Assembly (NCBI RefSeq): GCF_018977255.1
Contig: NW_024704743.1
Span: 26,600,001-26,664,000 of the forward strand
From: Callorhinchus milii
Taxonomy: Eukaryota
Direction: 5' to 3'
DNA length: 64,000 bases
Shown here: positions 62,995 to 64,000 of the stretch, piece by piece
Numbering within the stretch: position 1 is the first letter of the stretch
Layout: each line of letters opens with the position of its first letter
The notes under the pieces: generated by a model
Seen by the model: the letters and a program-made list of their open reading frames with translations, nothing else
What the model was told of the DNA's origin: nothing
Database searches by the model: none
Made by a program: the position numbers and the translations under genes

Positions 62995-63115
62995 TATGTA
63001 GAAGTATTTGTGCATGGTTGATCAGTGTAAAGTGACTTTACACTCTAATATATTCTGTGAAGCGCTTTGAGATGACTTGCTAATACAAGGATTATTATTA
63101 TCATTATTATTATTA
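62995..63115 (+). mobile_element. SINE 3' fragment
   Basis: atattctgtgaagcgctttgagatg...caaggattattattatcattattattatt. Confidence 0.75.
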
Positions 63116-63399
63116 CTGCTGTGTTACATATGTATGATTCACTGCATTGTTAGAAAAAAATGCAAGGTTTTAAAATCCATAAGTTAAACAAATCCTAAGG
63201 TTTTTTGTTAGGGAGCAGGAAAACAGATTCTCCTGTGGTCAAAAGAGAACAAAGCCTGGCCACAAGCCTCCAAGATTGGTATTTTTGAACCACTCGGAAG
63301 AACATTACGCAGTCTAGGATATCTCTCTTTCCAGTTTTCTTTCCCTATGTGGTAAGTGCAAGGCAACTTTCCCAGCTCAGTTATAACTATAGTCCATGA

Positions 63400-63690
63400 C
63401 AAACATTGAAATGTTGCAATTTCTTGAGGAGCAATAGCGCCAACTCAATGGCTCTCAGAAGTGGTCCAATCACAGGTTATCTTAGGCCAGTCATCATTCA
63501 CATATCACCATTCTGCCCTCACTCTTTGAACCTCTATTCCATAGTCCCTTCAGCTCATCTCCTCCCTCGTCTTGTTCAATGCCCATCTTAAAACATACCT
63601 CTTTGAATCCCATTCACTCCCACCCCCAGCTGGGGTGCCCAGGCAGCACTGTCAAGTGCTTTGGGAGGTCCTTCCAATGTGAAAGGCTTG
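63400..63690 (+). mobile_element. Old L2 3' fragment
   Basis: cccatcttaaaacatacctctttga...aagtgctttgggaggtccttccaatgtgaaaggc. Confidence 0.65.
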
Positions 63691-64000
63691 TCCAGCTAGA
63701 ACCACCCTACACCCTACACATAAGGGCCTTAGCTTGCAGGTTAACAGAAGCTGAGTGGGAAGAGTCCCTCTGCCCAGTGTCACCATTGTGATGACTAATG
63801 CACAGGACTTTGGGCTCTTTTTTCCTCAAGCAAAATGAGGTTTGCCAAACAATTGTTGATGATCACTGTGCCCCTTTAAATGTTTCACTTTCCCAGAAGT
63901 GCTAGTCGTGAGTAAGAAAGAGAAACGGAATAATGCTGGAAGCAGCGGTGAAGTTGAAGGTCACAGGGAAATGGCTGGTCCAAGCCACAAGAAAAGGTGA

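Overview
AT-rich vertebrate non-coding DNA, densely filled with retrotransposon debris. I found no recognisable host protein-coding gene, rRNA or genuine tRNA gene. The repeat repertoire is L2 LINEs with (TTG)n/(TTGTA)n tails, CR1 LINEs, tRNA-derived SINEs with a Deu-like domain and (ATT)n tails, AmnSINE2-like and LF-SINE-like relics, and Penelope-like ends. By recall, not by search, this points to a cartilaginous fish, possibly a chimaera. The long ORFs with recognisable motifs are broken L2, CR1 or PLE coding sequence. The most notable structure is a Penelope-like element (35097-36669) with a GIY-YIG remnant, long inverted arms each carrying a minimal type I hammerhead-ribozyme motif with the same two core changes, and a 14-bp TSD. 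It sits inside an L2 and is itself hit by further insertions. Other items: a CR1 inside an L2 with a templated 5' junction, a hAT dimerisation-domain relic missed by the ORF track, a covarying L2/SINE 3' stem-loop, an unclassified three-copy repeat, a CpG-rich orphan ORF resembling a non-LTR C-terminus, several repeat-free CNE-like islands and a few weak orphan exon candidates. All family names come from recalled consensus sequences. Boundaries of old repeats are approximate.
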